Assembly: GCA_028704635.1 (NCBI GenBank)
Contig: JAQWFB010000002.1
Location: forward strand, 64,693-128,692
Source of the DNA: Candidatus Shapirobacteria bacterium
Lineage (GTDB): Bacteria; Patescibacteriota; Microgenomatia; UBA12405
Length of the DNA stretch: 64,000 nt
Direction of reading: 5' to 3'
Under the pieces are notes generated by a model. The model was not told where the DNA came from. It did no database searches and saw nothing but the letters and a program-made list of their open reading frames with translations. Positions within the stretch are counted from its first letter, which is position 1, and each line of letters begins with the position of its first letter. Below, one piece after another: positions 20,473 to 30,500 of this stretch. Both the position numbers and the translations under genes were made by a program.

Positions 20473-20866
20473 AACCCTCTATTTTAATAAATTCTTTTAT
20501 TTCTTTTTCCACTTTTTCAATATTATTCAAAACATCATCATTATTTACTCTTATTGTTTTTATTCCACAACACTTTAGAAATTTATCTCTTAAAATGTCT
20601 CTTTCTTTTTTGACTATATGAGAGTCTCCATCAACCTCAATAATTAGACTTAATTCAGAACAATAAAAATCTGCAATAAATCTATTAATCGGCCTTTGTC
20701 TAGTAAATTTATACCCCAAATACTTTTTTCTTAATAATTTATTCCATAATATTTTTTCGCTCTCTGTTTCATTTTTACGATTATTTTTAGCCGCCCAAGT
20801 TAAAGAATCGCGATATTTCAAATGATATTTTTTAGTTTTAGCTTCAATAACAACATCTTTTTTCAT
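20462..20866 (-). CDS. DUF559 / Vsr-like endonuclease domain protein
   Basis: AAKNNRKNETESEKILW, KFTRQRPINRFIADFYC, LIIEVDGDSH, D..RDKFL..GIKTIR. Confidence 0.88.
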   Translation of the reverse strand: MKKDVVIEAKTKKYHLKYRDSLTWAAKNNRKNETESEKILWNKLLRKKYLGYKFTRQRPINRFIADFYCSELSLIIEVDGDSHIVKKERDILRDKFLKCCGIKTIRVNNDDVLNNIEKVEKEIKEFIKIEGFKF

Positions 20867-20890
20867 TTCAAACCCTTCCCTTTTAAATTC

Positions 20891-21051
20891 AAACCCCTCA
20901 GTTTCACTTCGTTCAACAGCTCCCCTTGACAGGGGAGCAAAAAACCAAAAAAAGTATTAAAGAAAGGGTTAAAAAAAATTATATATGTAATAATAATCAC
21001 ATCAATATCGCTCCCCTGTCAAGGGGAGCTGCCCTCAGGGCTGAGGGGTTT
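20891..21051. repeat. Inverted doublet of family-2 palindromic repeats (MITE/REPIN-like)
   Basis: aaacccctcag-N15-cagctccccttgacaggggagc (20891-20938) and gctcccctgtcaaggggagctg-N9-ctgaggggttt (21010-21051). Confidence 0.85.
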
Positions 21052-21140
21052 CAACTCCAAAATATTTTAAAATCCCTCCTTGATATGACGGCTTTTTGTA
21101 TTACAATTAATACACAAACTGTTACAGATCAAATTCAATT

Positions 21141-21362
21141 ATGCGTCAAATAATCAACATTTCTCTACCAGAAAAATTATCAAAAATGGTTGACGATGCA
21201 ACTAAAGACGGTCAATATGCTTCTAAAAGCGAATTCTTTCGCTGTCTTCTCCGAGATTGGTCCGAAGAACAACTTTATAAAAAATTGAAACAAAGCCAAA
21301 AAGAAATGAAAAACGGTAAAAAATTTTTGCTTAAGTCTTTCAAATATTTAAAAAATATGTAA
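21141..21362 (+). CDS. Ribbon-helix-helix (CopG/ParD-like) antitoxin
   Basis: MRQIINISLP..L..MVD....G.YASKSEFFR.LLRDW; lies upstream of a RelE-like toxin. Confidence 0.8.
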   Translation: MRQIINISLPEKLSKMVDDATKDGQYASKSEFFRCLLRDWSEEQLYKKLKQSQKEMKNGKKFLLKSFKYLKNM

Positions 21363-21373
21363 AATAAATTACA

Positions 21374-21632
21374 GTGAATATTTATTATTCGAAAGATTTT
21401 TTAAAATCATATCAAAAAAACTCCTAAATCAATTCAACATAAGTTTGAAAAACAAGAATCGATTTTTCGAAATAACCCTTTTGACCCACGTCTTAAAACC
21501 CATCCATTAATTGGCAAATTAAAAGGCTTTTATTCATATTCCATTGATTATCATTATCGAGTGATCTTTAGTTTTGAATTAGAAAATGAAATATGGTTTC
21601 AGCCTATTGGGTCTCACAGTATTTATAAATAA
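21374..21632 (+). pseudogene. RelE/YafQ-family toxin with a +1 frameshift in an A7 run
   Basis: GTG 21374 gives MNIYYSKDFLKSYQK and then stops at 21425. Removing one A from 21414-21420 restores ..TPKSIQHKFEKQESIFRNNPFDPRLKTHPLIGKLKGFYSYSIDYHYRVIF..IGSHSIYK*. Confidence 0.8.
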
Positions 21633-21647
21633 AAGTTGTTTGTTTTT

Positions 21648-22181
21648 TCAAACCTTCTTTTCCATCAATAAATAGTTATAACCTTCTTCTTCAACAAACG
21701 ATCCAACCTTTTTATAACCTCTTTTAATATAAAAATTTACTAAATCACCATATTCTTCTCGACAATCAAATCGAACATATTCCGCTCCTCGACTTTTAGC
21801 TGTCGAATCAGCAAAATTCATTAAATCACTTGCAATTCCCTGACCATGAAATTCTGGTTTTATTGCTAATGACGACAAATAAAGTGCTTTTGCTTTTGGG
21901 TCAGTAAAAGCTTCTCTATTTTTTAAAACATAATAATCAGGTGGATATTCACCAAAAGAAATTGTCCCCACTACCTCATTATTTTTATAAGTTAAATAAA
22001 CTTCCTGTTTCTTAACTTTATTTTCCATAATTTCTCTGGTGTAATAAGATGACCAATGGTCTAAGCCTTTTTCTTTTAATAACCAATCGCCATCTGCCTT
22101 AATCACCTCAAAAACCTTGTCAACATCTTTTTCTGTTGCCCTTTCCAACCGATTTGTATTTATTGCTTCTCTTTCATTCAT
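21648..22181 (-). CDS. GNAT family N-acetyltransferase
   Basis: LSSLAIKPEFHGQGIASDLM (acetyl-CoA binding motif), NFYIKRGY. Confidence 0.88.
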   Translation of the reverse strand: MNEREAINTNRLERATEKDVDKVFEVIKADGDWLLKEKGLDHWSSYYTREIMENKVKKQEVYLTYKNNEVVGTISFGEYPPDYYVLKNREAFTDPKAKALYLSSLAIKPEFHGQGIASDLMNFADSTAKSRGAEYVRFDCREEYGDLVNFYIKRGYKKVGSFVEEEGYNYLLMEKKV

Positions 22182-22185
22182 TATT

Positions 22186-23469
22186 TTAAGCCCCCGGCTT
22201 TCCTAACAACGCAAACATCTTTTTCTTATACACTTCCACTCCTGGTTGATTAAACGGATTCACTCCCAACAAATATCCACTCATTGCACAAGCTTTTTGG
22301 AAAAAATAAATCAAATATCCCAAATTAAATTCATCTAATCTTGGTATTCTAATTACCATGTTTGGCACATCTCCTTCAGTATGTGCCGCAATTGTCGATT
22401 CCATCGCTATTTTATTGACCTCATCCATCGTTTTTCCCGCTACAAAATTTAATTCATCTAAATTTTGCGGATCATTTTTTATTACTAATTTTTCATTATC
22501 CTCTTCAATCGACAAAACTGTCTCCATTAAAATTCGATTTCCGTCTTGCATATATTGCCCAATCGAATGTAAATCAGCCGTAAAACTAACAGTTGCTGGA
22601 AAAATTCCTTTTTTATCTTTACCTTCACTCTCCCCAAAAAGCTGTTTCCACCATTCACTCATATAAAACAGACATGGTTCATAACTAGCCAATACTTCAA
22701 CTAATTTACTTTGTTGATAAAAAATATTTCGGTAAACCGCATATTTATAACAGTCATTTTCAATCAAATTCTCATTATTAAAATACTCTCTGGCTTTTTG
22801 TGCTCCCTTTATTAATTCTTCAATATTAATTCCCGCCACTGCCATTGGTAATAATCCCATCGGAGTCAATGCTGAATACCTACCCCCTACATCATCCGGA
22901 ACTATAAAAGTCTCATATCCCTTTATTGTTGATAATTTTTTTAAAGTTCCTTTTTCCTTATCAGTTACTGCATAAATCCTTTTATTAGCCTCTTCGCCAT
23001 ATTTATTTTCCATCCATTCTCTTAAAATTCTAAAAGCCACAGCCGGTTCAGTTGTTGTTCCTGATTTAGAAATCACCGCCAATGACACATTCTTGTTTTC
23101 AATTTTTTTAAGTAAATCAATCATCTGTAGTGAACTTAAATCATGGCCAGTAAAATAGATTTCAACTTTTTCATCACCACTCAAAGCTCCAATCACTGAT
23201 CTTGCTGATAAATATGGACCACCAATATCAATCACCACTAAAACATCTGAATCATTTCTAATTTTTTCTGCTGCTATTTTTATTCGATCAAATTCTTCTT
23301 TATCATAATTAACCGGTAAATCCACCCACCCCAAAAAATCACTTCCTTCTCCTGTTTTATTATGAATTTCTTCATGCTTTTCTTTAACTTTTTGATTCCA
23401 ACCTATTAACTCATTTCCACTAATAAAACCCTTTAAATAACTTTCATCAAAAAATTCTTTATTTACCAT
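22186..23469 (-). CDS. pgi: Glucose-6-phosphate isomerase
   Basis: [49 protein letters not shown]; the GIGGS motif is altered. Confidence 0.92.
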   Translation of the reverse strand: MVNKEFFDESYLKGFISGNELIGWNQKVKEKHEEIHNKTGEGSDFLGWVDLPVNYDKEEFDRIKIAAEKIRNDSDVLVVIDIGGPYLSARSVIGALSGDEKVEIYFTGHDLSSLQMIDLLKKIENKNVSLAVISKSGTTTEPAVAFRILREWMENKYGEEANKRIYAVTDKEKGTLKKLSTIKGYETFIVPDDVGGRYSALTPMGLLPMAVAGINIEELIKGAQKAREYFNNENLIENDCYKYAVYRNIFYQQSKLVEVLASYEPCLFYMSEWWKQLFGESEGKDKKGIFPATVSFTADLHSIGQYMQDGNRILMETVLSIEEDNEKLVIKNDPQNLDELNFVAGKTMDEVNKIAMESTIAAHTEGDVPNMVIRIPRLDEFNLGYLIYFFQKACAMSGYLLGVNPFNQPGVEVYKKKMFALLGKPGA

Positions 23470-23769
23470 AAGGCTATTTTAACAAATTTTATTTTTATAT
23501 TTTTTTAACCTTTTACGTTTAAAATAATTTGTTATTTTTTTAACAAAACTATGAAACACATAGTCAAAATTAATAAAAACAAAATCGAACGAATCTATAA
23601 AGACGGATAGTAAAAAAATCTCCTAACTCCATTTCTACTAAAAAACTATATCAAGATGGTTCACTATTTTACGTTTATAATCAAATTATTAATTTCTTAT
23701 TAAGAACAACTTCTTGACAAACATATGTTAGAAATAATATCTTTATACAGTTGAAACAATATTAAAAAA

Positions 23770-25179
23770 ATGAAAAAATCGATTTCTCGTATTCTGACTC
23801 TAGTCATTCTAGTTTTGCCAATTTACTTAACTTTTTTTGCCAACGAAAATAAAATTATTGCCGTTTCTTCTTTAAAAGATCAAGTCAGCAATGCCCAATT
23901 ATCCTTTTTTGCTCGTATGTCTAGTTATTCCGGATCCACATTAAAAGTTCTCAACTCCCCCGCTGGTGTTGCTCCAAATCTATTTACAACTAATCTTACT
24001 ATTGGCGATAGTGTCGCTATTGCGGCCGGCGTTGGTTCCTCCGTTTTTACCATTAAAGATATTGGCAACACTAACAGTGTTAATTTAAACGCTGCGATTG
24101 GTCTCACTGTTCCCAATGGTTATATTATTGCTACTCGCTCTGGAATACACACTGTATCTTTTACCCCAATATCGTTTGGAGGAGCAACTGAAAAATGGCA
24201 ATTTTTAATTAAAGCCAGTGTTGGCAGTTCTATTCCTTTTAAAGACGGTATGCCTGATCAAGATGGATTTGATATCGGTGGTAGTAATTGTGATACTGCT
24301 GGTTGTTTACTTCATGACGTCACTTGTCCTTACTCCACTGGCACTGCAAACATTGGAACTACTATTACTTTTACTGCATCTGATATTGGCGACTCTGCTT
24401 TCGTCGGCACTTATAATGTAATTGAATGTGCTTATACTGGTGCTACCTCCAAAATTGGCACCCCTGGTACTATGATTATCGGTGCTACTAACGGCACTCA
24501 ATTAATTAATCCTTCCTCGTCGGCTAACCGCACTTTTGGCGTTGCTGATGTTTATTTTTATGGCCTCAGACAATTAGACACTAATGGCAATGTTCTTGAT
24601 TTAAGTTTTGGAAAAATAGCCGTTGATGATAGCGTCCGAATCACTGCCATTGTCGATCCAACCCTAATGTTCACCATTGCTGGCAATGCCACTATGAAAT
24701 GTGGTGCCGCCCCTGCCGTTTCTCCTGCTTCCAGTACTCCAACCTCACTTAATTTCAGTTCATTAGCTTTAGAGTCAACAGCTAATAATCTTTCCCAGTT
24801 TATAACTGCCACCACCAACGCTTCCGGTGGTTACGTAGTTCAAGTCTTTGAAAATAACCCTCTCACTATAGTCAATACTACTACTACACTTCCCGACACC
24901 ACTGCTAACAATACGGCTTGGCCTGACGTAGTCGCCTATTCTGGATTTGGTTATTCAATGGAAGTCGGTGTCACTAGAGCCGGTGCTGTCTTGGGAGTTG
25001 GTAATACTGGTAATTACAAATCTTTCGGAATCGGCTACGCTAATGCCGCTATGGTACTAAGCCACAACGCACCTAGTACTGACAACGCTTACATGTGCTA
25101 CCGAATAAGCGCTACTTTACAACAACCAGCTGGTGAATACGAAAACTCTATTAGTTATATTGCCACTTCAACTTTCTAA
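23770..25179 (+). CDS. Secreted pilin/WxL-like surface protein (major-subunit candidate)
   Basis: Signal peptide; V.ITAIVDPTL.FTI, TTNASGGYVV, C-terminal YRISATLQQPAGEYENSISYIATSTF. Confidence 0.65.
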   Translation: MKKSISRILTLVILVLPIYLTFFANENKIIAVSSLKDQVSNAQLSFFARMSSYSGSTLKVLNSPAGVAPNLFTTNLTIGDSVAIAAGVGSSVFTIKDIGNTNSVNLNAAIGLTVPNGYIIATRSGIHTVSFTPISFGGATEKWQFLIKASVGSSIPFKDGMPDQDGFDIGGSNCDTAGCLLHDVTCPYSTGTANIGTTITFTASDIGDSAFVGTYNVIECAYTGATSKIGTPGTMIIGATNGTQLINPSSSANRTFGVADVYFYGLRQLDTNGNVLDLSFGKIAVDDSVRITAIVDPTLMFTIAGNATMKCGAAPAVSPASSTPTSLNFSSLALESTANNLSQFITATTNASGGYVVQVFENNPLTIVNTTTTLPDTTANNTAWPDVVAYSGFGYSMEVGVTRAGAVLGVGNTGNYKSFGIGYANAAMVLSHNAPSTDNAYMCYRISATLQQPAGEYENSISYIATSTF

Positions 25180-25193
25180 AAATTAAAAATAAA

Positions 25194-26192
25194 ATGAAAC
25201 CTGCCACCCAAAAAACTTTTAAAATCAGTGCCTTTCTTTTATTATTAGCCTCCAATTATTCCCTCTTTATTCCTTCAGTCAGAGCTCAAAGTGTCGAAGG
25301 CTTATCAGCAATTCCTCCTCGATTAGAAATTACAGTTAATCCAGATAGTGCCATCACTAAAACTATCAAAGTTAGAAACGAATCTGATAGTGATAAAACG
25401 GTTTCAATTTCGATCGAAGATTTTATTGTAAATGACAACAAAGGCACTCCCACCATTATTACTGCTTCTAAAGCGGATAATCGTTGGGCCGCTAGTTCTT
25501 GGATTCAAGTTTCCCCTTCTTCAGTCAAATTAAAAGCTGGCGAAACCAAAACTTTAAATCTTACTGTTATGCCTCCTAAAAATGCTCTTCCCGGCGGCCA
25601 CTACGCCATGGTTGTCCAAAGCCCAGAAGGCAAAACCACTCTTAATGCTACTGGTTCATCCATTCAACCTCGAGTCGGCACTCTTGTTTACATAACCATT
25701 CCTGGTGATATCACTCAAAATGCTGTCATTAAAAATTTTAGTGCCGGCAAATTCTTTGAATTTGGCCCAATCGATTTTGCCACCACTATTCAAAATCTTT
25801 CCGATATTCATATCAAACCGGCTGGTAATATCACCATTACCAACATGATTGGTATGAAATCATTTGTTCAATTTAATAAAGATGGTGTTAATATTTTCCC
25901 AGGAAAAACCAGAGATTTTGAAAATCAACTCAATAAAAAATGGCTCTTTGGTCGCTATAAAGCCGAATTAAATACCACTTACGGCAATGCTGGGGGTGTT
26001 GTTACTGCTGCTGTTTTCTTCTGGGTCATTCCATGGAGATTCCTCATTCTAGTTGGCACTGCTATCGCTATCATTATTGCCGTTATCATAATCATCAGAA
26101 ATAAAACTGGCGGCAATAAAGAAACCGAAGAAAAAGTCGATGAACTCGAAAAAGAATTAGAGGCTTTAAAGAAAAAATATAAAGATCGATAA
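25194..26192 (+). CDS. DUF916/WxL-interacting-like protein, C-terminal TM and coiled coil
   Basis: IPPRLEITV.P, SWIQVSP, ALPGGHYAMV, N.SDIHIKPAG.I, GRYKAEL, FWVIPW followed by TM. Confidence 0.7.
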   Translation: MKPATQKTFKISAFLLLLASNYSLFIPSVRAQSVEGLSAIPPRLEITVNPDSAITKTIKVRNESDSDKTVSISIEDFIVNDNKGTPTIITASKADNRWAASSWIQVSPSSVKLKAGETKTLNLTVMPPKNALPGGHYAMVVQSPEGKTTLNATGSSIQPRVGTLVYITIPGDITQNAVIKNFSAGKFFEFGPIDFATTIQNLSDIHIKPAGNITITNMIGMKSFVQFNKDGVNIFPGKTRDFENQLNKKWLFGRYKAELNTTYGNAGGVVTAAVFFWVIPWRFLILVGTAIAIIIAVIIIIRNKTGGNKETEEKVDELEKELEALKKKYKDR

Positions 26193-26207
26193 TTTTATTA
26201 GACCTTC

Positions 26208-26231
26208 ACCCCCGCACCCGCGGGGGTTTTT
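26208..26231 (+). terminator. Rho-independent terminator
   Basis: acccccgc-accc-gcgggggt followed by a T-run. Confidence 0.8.
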
Positions 26232-26245
26232 GTTAAACTAAATTA

Positions 26246-27136
26246 ATGCCAGTCATTTTTTTATTATTTTTATTCCTACTTTCCCCTTTTCAAGTCCAAG
26301 CCCTTGAAAAATCCGAATCCGTTTCTGTTTCCGCTATCATCGGTGAAAACGAAGTCTCCATTTTTGGCTATACTTCCCCTAATTCAAAAGTTGAATTAAC
26401 TGGTATTAATATTTATTCCCTCGACTATAGTGACGACACTGGCTATTTTGAATTTAACAGTTTAGTTTTACCCAGAAATTCTTCCGAACTCTGTCTTCAA
26501 TCCAAAGACGATTCCAATCGATCTTCATCTCTTATTTGTACTCCTCCACCACCATCCTCTAATTATCACACCGATATCGGTCCCATTATTCTCCCTCCCA
26601 CTGTCTCTCTAGAACAGGACAATATTAATCCCAATTCTACTGTTATCTCATCCGGTCAAAGCATTCCTAAATCCACTGTCACTGTTTATTTTTACAAAGT
26701 CGACGATTCCGCCCAATCTTTTCCTAAATCAGCCCTAGCTTATTCACTCCCAAAAATTGAAACTACCACCGATAAAAACGGCAATTACAGCATCAATCTT
26801 CCCACTGCCTATTCCAGTAATTATCGTCTCTACACATCCGTTACATATGACGATAATTTTTCTCCAAAATCAAATACTCTTTTATATACCATGCCTTCCC
26901 TTTTTTGGCTCTTCCTTCAACAACATGCTTATCTTATGGTTCTCCTCCCTATCTTTATTTTTTCTCTCATTTTATTTTTCCTACTTTTATTTTTAAATTC
27001 CTCTACGATCCATAATCTAAGATCTAAGATCAAATTCTTACCTGCTCTTCGCACTTCATATCCCGCTATTAAAACCCAACACTTTCCTGTTCTTTATCCC
27101 GACCACTTGCCTCGCAATTTTAAAATACCTCACTAA
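26246..27136 (+). CDS. Secreted Ig-like protein with C-terminal TM
   Basis: Signal peptide; GYTSPNSKVEL and SGQSIPKSTVTV Ig-like repeats; TM near the C-terminus. Confidence 0.6.
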   Translation: MPVIFLLFLFLLSPFQVQALEKSESVSVSAIIGENEVSIFGYTSPNSKVELTGINIYSLDYSDDTGYFEFNSLVLPRNSSELCLQSKDDSNRSSSLICTPPPPSSNYHTDIGPIILPPTVSLEQDNINPNSTVISSGQSIPKSTVTVYFYKVDDSAQSFPKSALAYSLPKIETTTDKNGNYSINLPTAYSSNYRLYTSVTYDDNFSPKSNTLLYTMPSLFWLFLQQHAYLMVLLPIFIFSLILFFLLLFLNSSTIHNLRSKIKFLPALRTSYPAIKTQHFPVLYPDHLPRNFKIPH

Positions 27137-27154
27137 ATCTGCTACACTTAATTA

Positions 27155-27568
27155 GTGAAAAATAAATATTTATTTATTATTGCCTTTTTATCTCTCGCTT
27201 TAATTGCCTCTCTTTATCTAGTTCTTCGAACTACTATTTTCGTCAAAAAAGCTGCCAATACCAACCAATCAACTGTCGCCCTAGAAAACTCTTATCTTTT
27301 TGTTTCTCCTCTTCAAGTCAAAGCCGACGGCAAAGAAAAAATGCGACTCACCATCTTTATTCTCGATGGCCGTGGTATGGGCATCGCCAATCAAACCGTC
27401 AGTCTAAAAACTTCATCAAAAATACAAGTCACCAGTATCCAAAATCAAACCGACGAATCCGGCAAAGCCGTTTTTGATTTAACCTCCGCTAGTGCCGGTC
27501 AATATAATGTCTCTGCTCAAACTGGCGACGCCACCATTCCCCAGCAAGTCAAAGTAGTGTTTTATTAG
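27155..27568 (+). CDS. Membrane-anchored bacterial Ig-like (Big_1/invasin-type) protein
   Basis: ADG.EK..LTIFILDG.G.GIANQTV, TDESGKAVFDLTS; paralog of 39458..39904. Confidence 0.75.
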   Translation: MKNKYLFIIAFLSLALIASLYLVLRTTIFVKKAANTNQSTVALENSYLFVSPLQVKADGKEKMRLTIFILDGRGMGIANQTVSLKTSSKIQVTSIQNQTDESGKAVFDLTSASAGQYNVSAQTGDATIPQQVKVVFY

Positions 27569-27597
27569 ATCTAAAAACAGTCACGTTCTCCCTCTCC

Positions 27598-30500
27598 ATG
27601 TTATCCTTTTTATATATAATGCCTCGTAAATCTCTTCATTCTTCTATTAATAATCTTTCATATAAATCTTTATTAATTATTTTATTTTTCTTATTAATTA
27701 GTATTGTTGTTTTATGGAAATTTGTCTTACCTAATCATAAAGTTGAGGCTAGTTGGTGGAATGATGGTTGGAATTATCGAAAAGCAATTAGTATTAGTAA
27801 TACTTCTGGATCTAATTTAACTGATTTTCAAATATCTTTATCTATTGGCACTAGTGCTTTAATTGCTTCCGGAAAAATGCAAAGTGATTGTGATGATATT
27901 AGAATTACAGATATTAATGGTAATTTGTTACCGTATTGGATAGACCCAGATCTAAGTTGTAATACCACTTCCGACACTATAATTTATGTAAAATTTTCAT
28001 CTATAATTTCCGGTGATAACACCGCTTATCTTTATTATGGCAATTCATCTGCCACTATTTTTCAAAATGGAAATGATGTTTTTCCTCAACTTTTTGATAC
28101 GTTTGATAGCACTACTATTAATAGTAGAAAGTTTAGTTACGGCGGTGGCACTATTACTCAAAATAATTTTGTTTCTATGGTTAATGATGCCGACGCTTGG
28201 GATACATATTTTTATGACAATTCTACTTATACCCGTAACTCCTCTATGGTTTTTCAGTCCAAATTTAAGGCTGATTCAGGAGCCCGCGTTATGGTTGGAT
28301 TACATGACAGTGGCACCGGAGCACATTACAACAACCTAGTTTATGCTTTTTATTTTAATAATGGATCGTTTAGTATCTATGAAGACGGCACCAGCAGAGG
28401 TTCTGTCGGTTCATATACTGTTGGAAATTGGTATAACATTAAAATCGAACTTAAAGACATTGGTGCCAAATACTATTATAAAGCAGTCAATTCAACTACC
28501 TGGATTCTTCTTTATGATTCATCTTATTCTTCTGAATCAAATTTAAAGCTAGGTGTTTCCCATTATGATGTTACTGAATATTCCTATACTGACGATTGGA
28601 TTATTCGCAAATACGCTTCAATTGAACCTACTTCTACCCTCCAATCCGAAGAAGCCGGCGGCGGCCCCATCGCTTATTGGAAATTCGACGAAGGCAGCGA
28701 CACCACTGCTTATGACTCAACAACCAACCAAAACAATGGCACAATTTCCGGCGCCACTTGGCAAACCGAAGACCAATGCATTTCCGGAAAATGTCTTTAT
28801 TTTAATGGCGATACAACACAGAGAGTTATCAGTGATGATAATGTTCTGATTGACGGTGATCAAACATTTTCAGTGTGGTTTTATCCAACTCAATTTTCTG
28901 GCCTTGACGGTATATTCACGACACATAACCACTCAACTACATCAAATATAGGTATAAATTTAGACGATAATAAGATAACCGTATCTATTGGATATACTGA
29001 CGATACACGAGAATACAATACAAAAAGAAGTAATTTCACTGTTCCTTTAAATAAATGGACTCATGCAATCTTAGTTTTTAAACAAAACGAAAACACTATA
29101 AGTTTATTTGTTAATGGAAAATTTGACAGTTCTTGGACTTTATCTAAAACCGTTAAATTTACTTCAGATAAAATACTAGCTGGACAGTGGTCAACCACAT
29201 ATACTAGCAGTTATAGATTCTACGGTCTGATCGATGAACCAAAAATCTATCGTTATGCCCGCACCGCCGCCCAAATCAAACTCGATTATAATTCCCGCGG
29301 TTCCTCAAAAGGCACCTCCGCCAATTTAGGCGGCGCAACCAGTGACAATAACTTATCCGAAGGTTTAGTTGGTTATTGGAAAATGGATGAAGGCGTCGGC
29401 ACAACTACATTAGACAGTTCAGGAAACGGAAAAACCGGTACATTCACTTCCGCCAGTTGGTCTAGTGGTAAATTTGGTATTGGCGGTAGCTTTCCCGGAT
29501 CAGTTTATATTGATCTTGGTACAAATATCGTTAACACAACTGCCTACACTAAATCTGTTTGGATCAAAACCAACACTCAAAACGCTAATAATATTTTTTC
29601 AGGTGGAAGTGGAGGACATGTTCTTTATGTTCAAAGTGGAGTAATTAATTTGAGTAATACTTGGAGCTCACCAAATATTACAGTCGCAGCCAATTTTTAT
29701 GATAATAATTGGCATTTTATAACTGCAACTTATGACGGAACTAAAGGCATAATTTATATGGATGGAGTAAAATTAGCCGAAGGAAATTTATCAAATATTC
29801 CTGCTAGTCAACCAGCATATATTGGAGCTTATGCCGCCGGTAATCAATTTATTGGTCTTATTGACGAAGTCAGACTCTACAACCGCGCCCTTTCCCCCGC
29901 CGAAGTTTCCCAACTTTACGAATACGCCCCCGGACCAATTACTTATTATGATTTTAATGAAGCCTCCGGCACTGTCGCTAATGATAAAAGTGGAAACAAT
30001 CATACCGGTACATTGCAAGGTTCACCTTCTTGGATTCAAGGTAAATATGGTGGCGCTCTCGATTTTAACGCCTCTGGTCGAAAAGTTCTTATAACTAACC
30101 CAACCAGTCAATCCAATTACACTACAATATCTCTGTGGTATAAAGTTACTAGTACCGCTTCTGGATCATGGCGAACTTTATTAGGCCATCAATCATCTAA
30201 TATCCACCACCTCATCATTAATAGTAGTTCTCGAAATATAGGTATTTTTGATGGTAGTTGGAGAGATTTTGGCTATTTACCACCAACTGACAACCAATTC
30301 CACCATTATGAAGTAGTTTATAATAACGGCGTTAACGCCACTCTTTATGTTGATGGTGTATATAAAAATCAAATTACTACCACCCTTGACTTAAGTGTTA
30401 ATCCAATTGGTTCCATTGGAGATTGGGGAGGTAATAGTTATTGGGCTGGCTCCCTTGACGATGTCAAAATTTACAATTATGCTCGCACCCCAAAACAAAT

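Noticed and set aside
20926-21153. 75-aa ORF (also 61538..61747 and the upstream extension of the RAYT to 33224)
   Set aside because: These are built from palindromic repeat sequence and are probably spurious.
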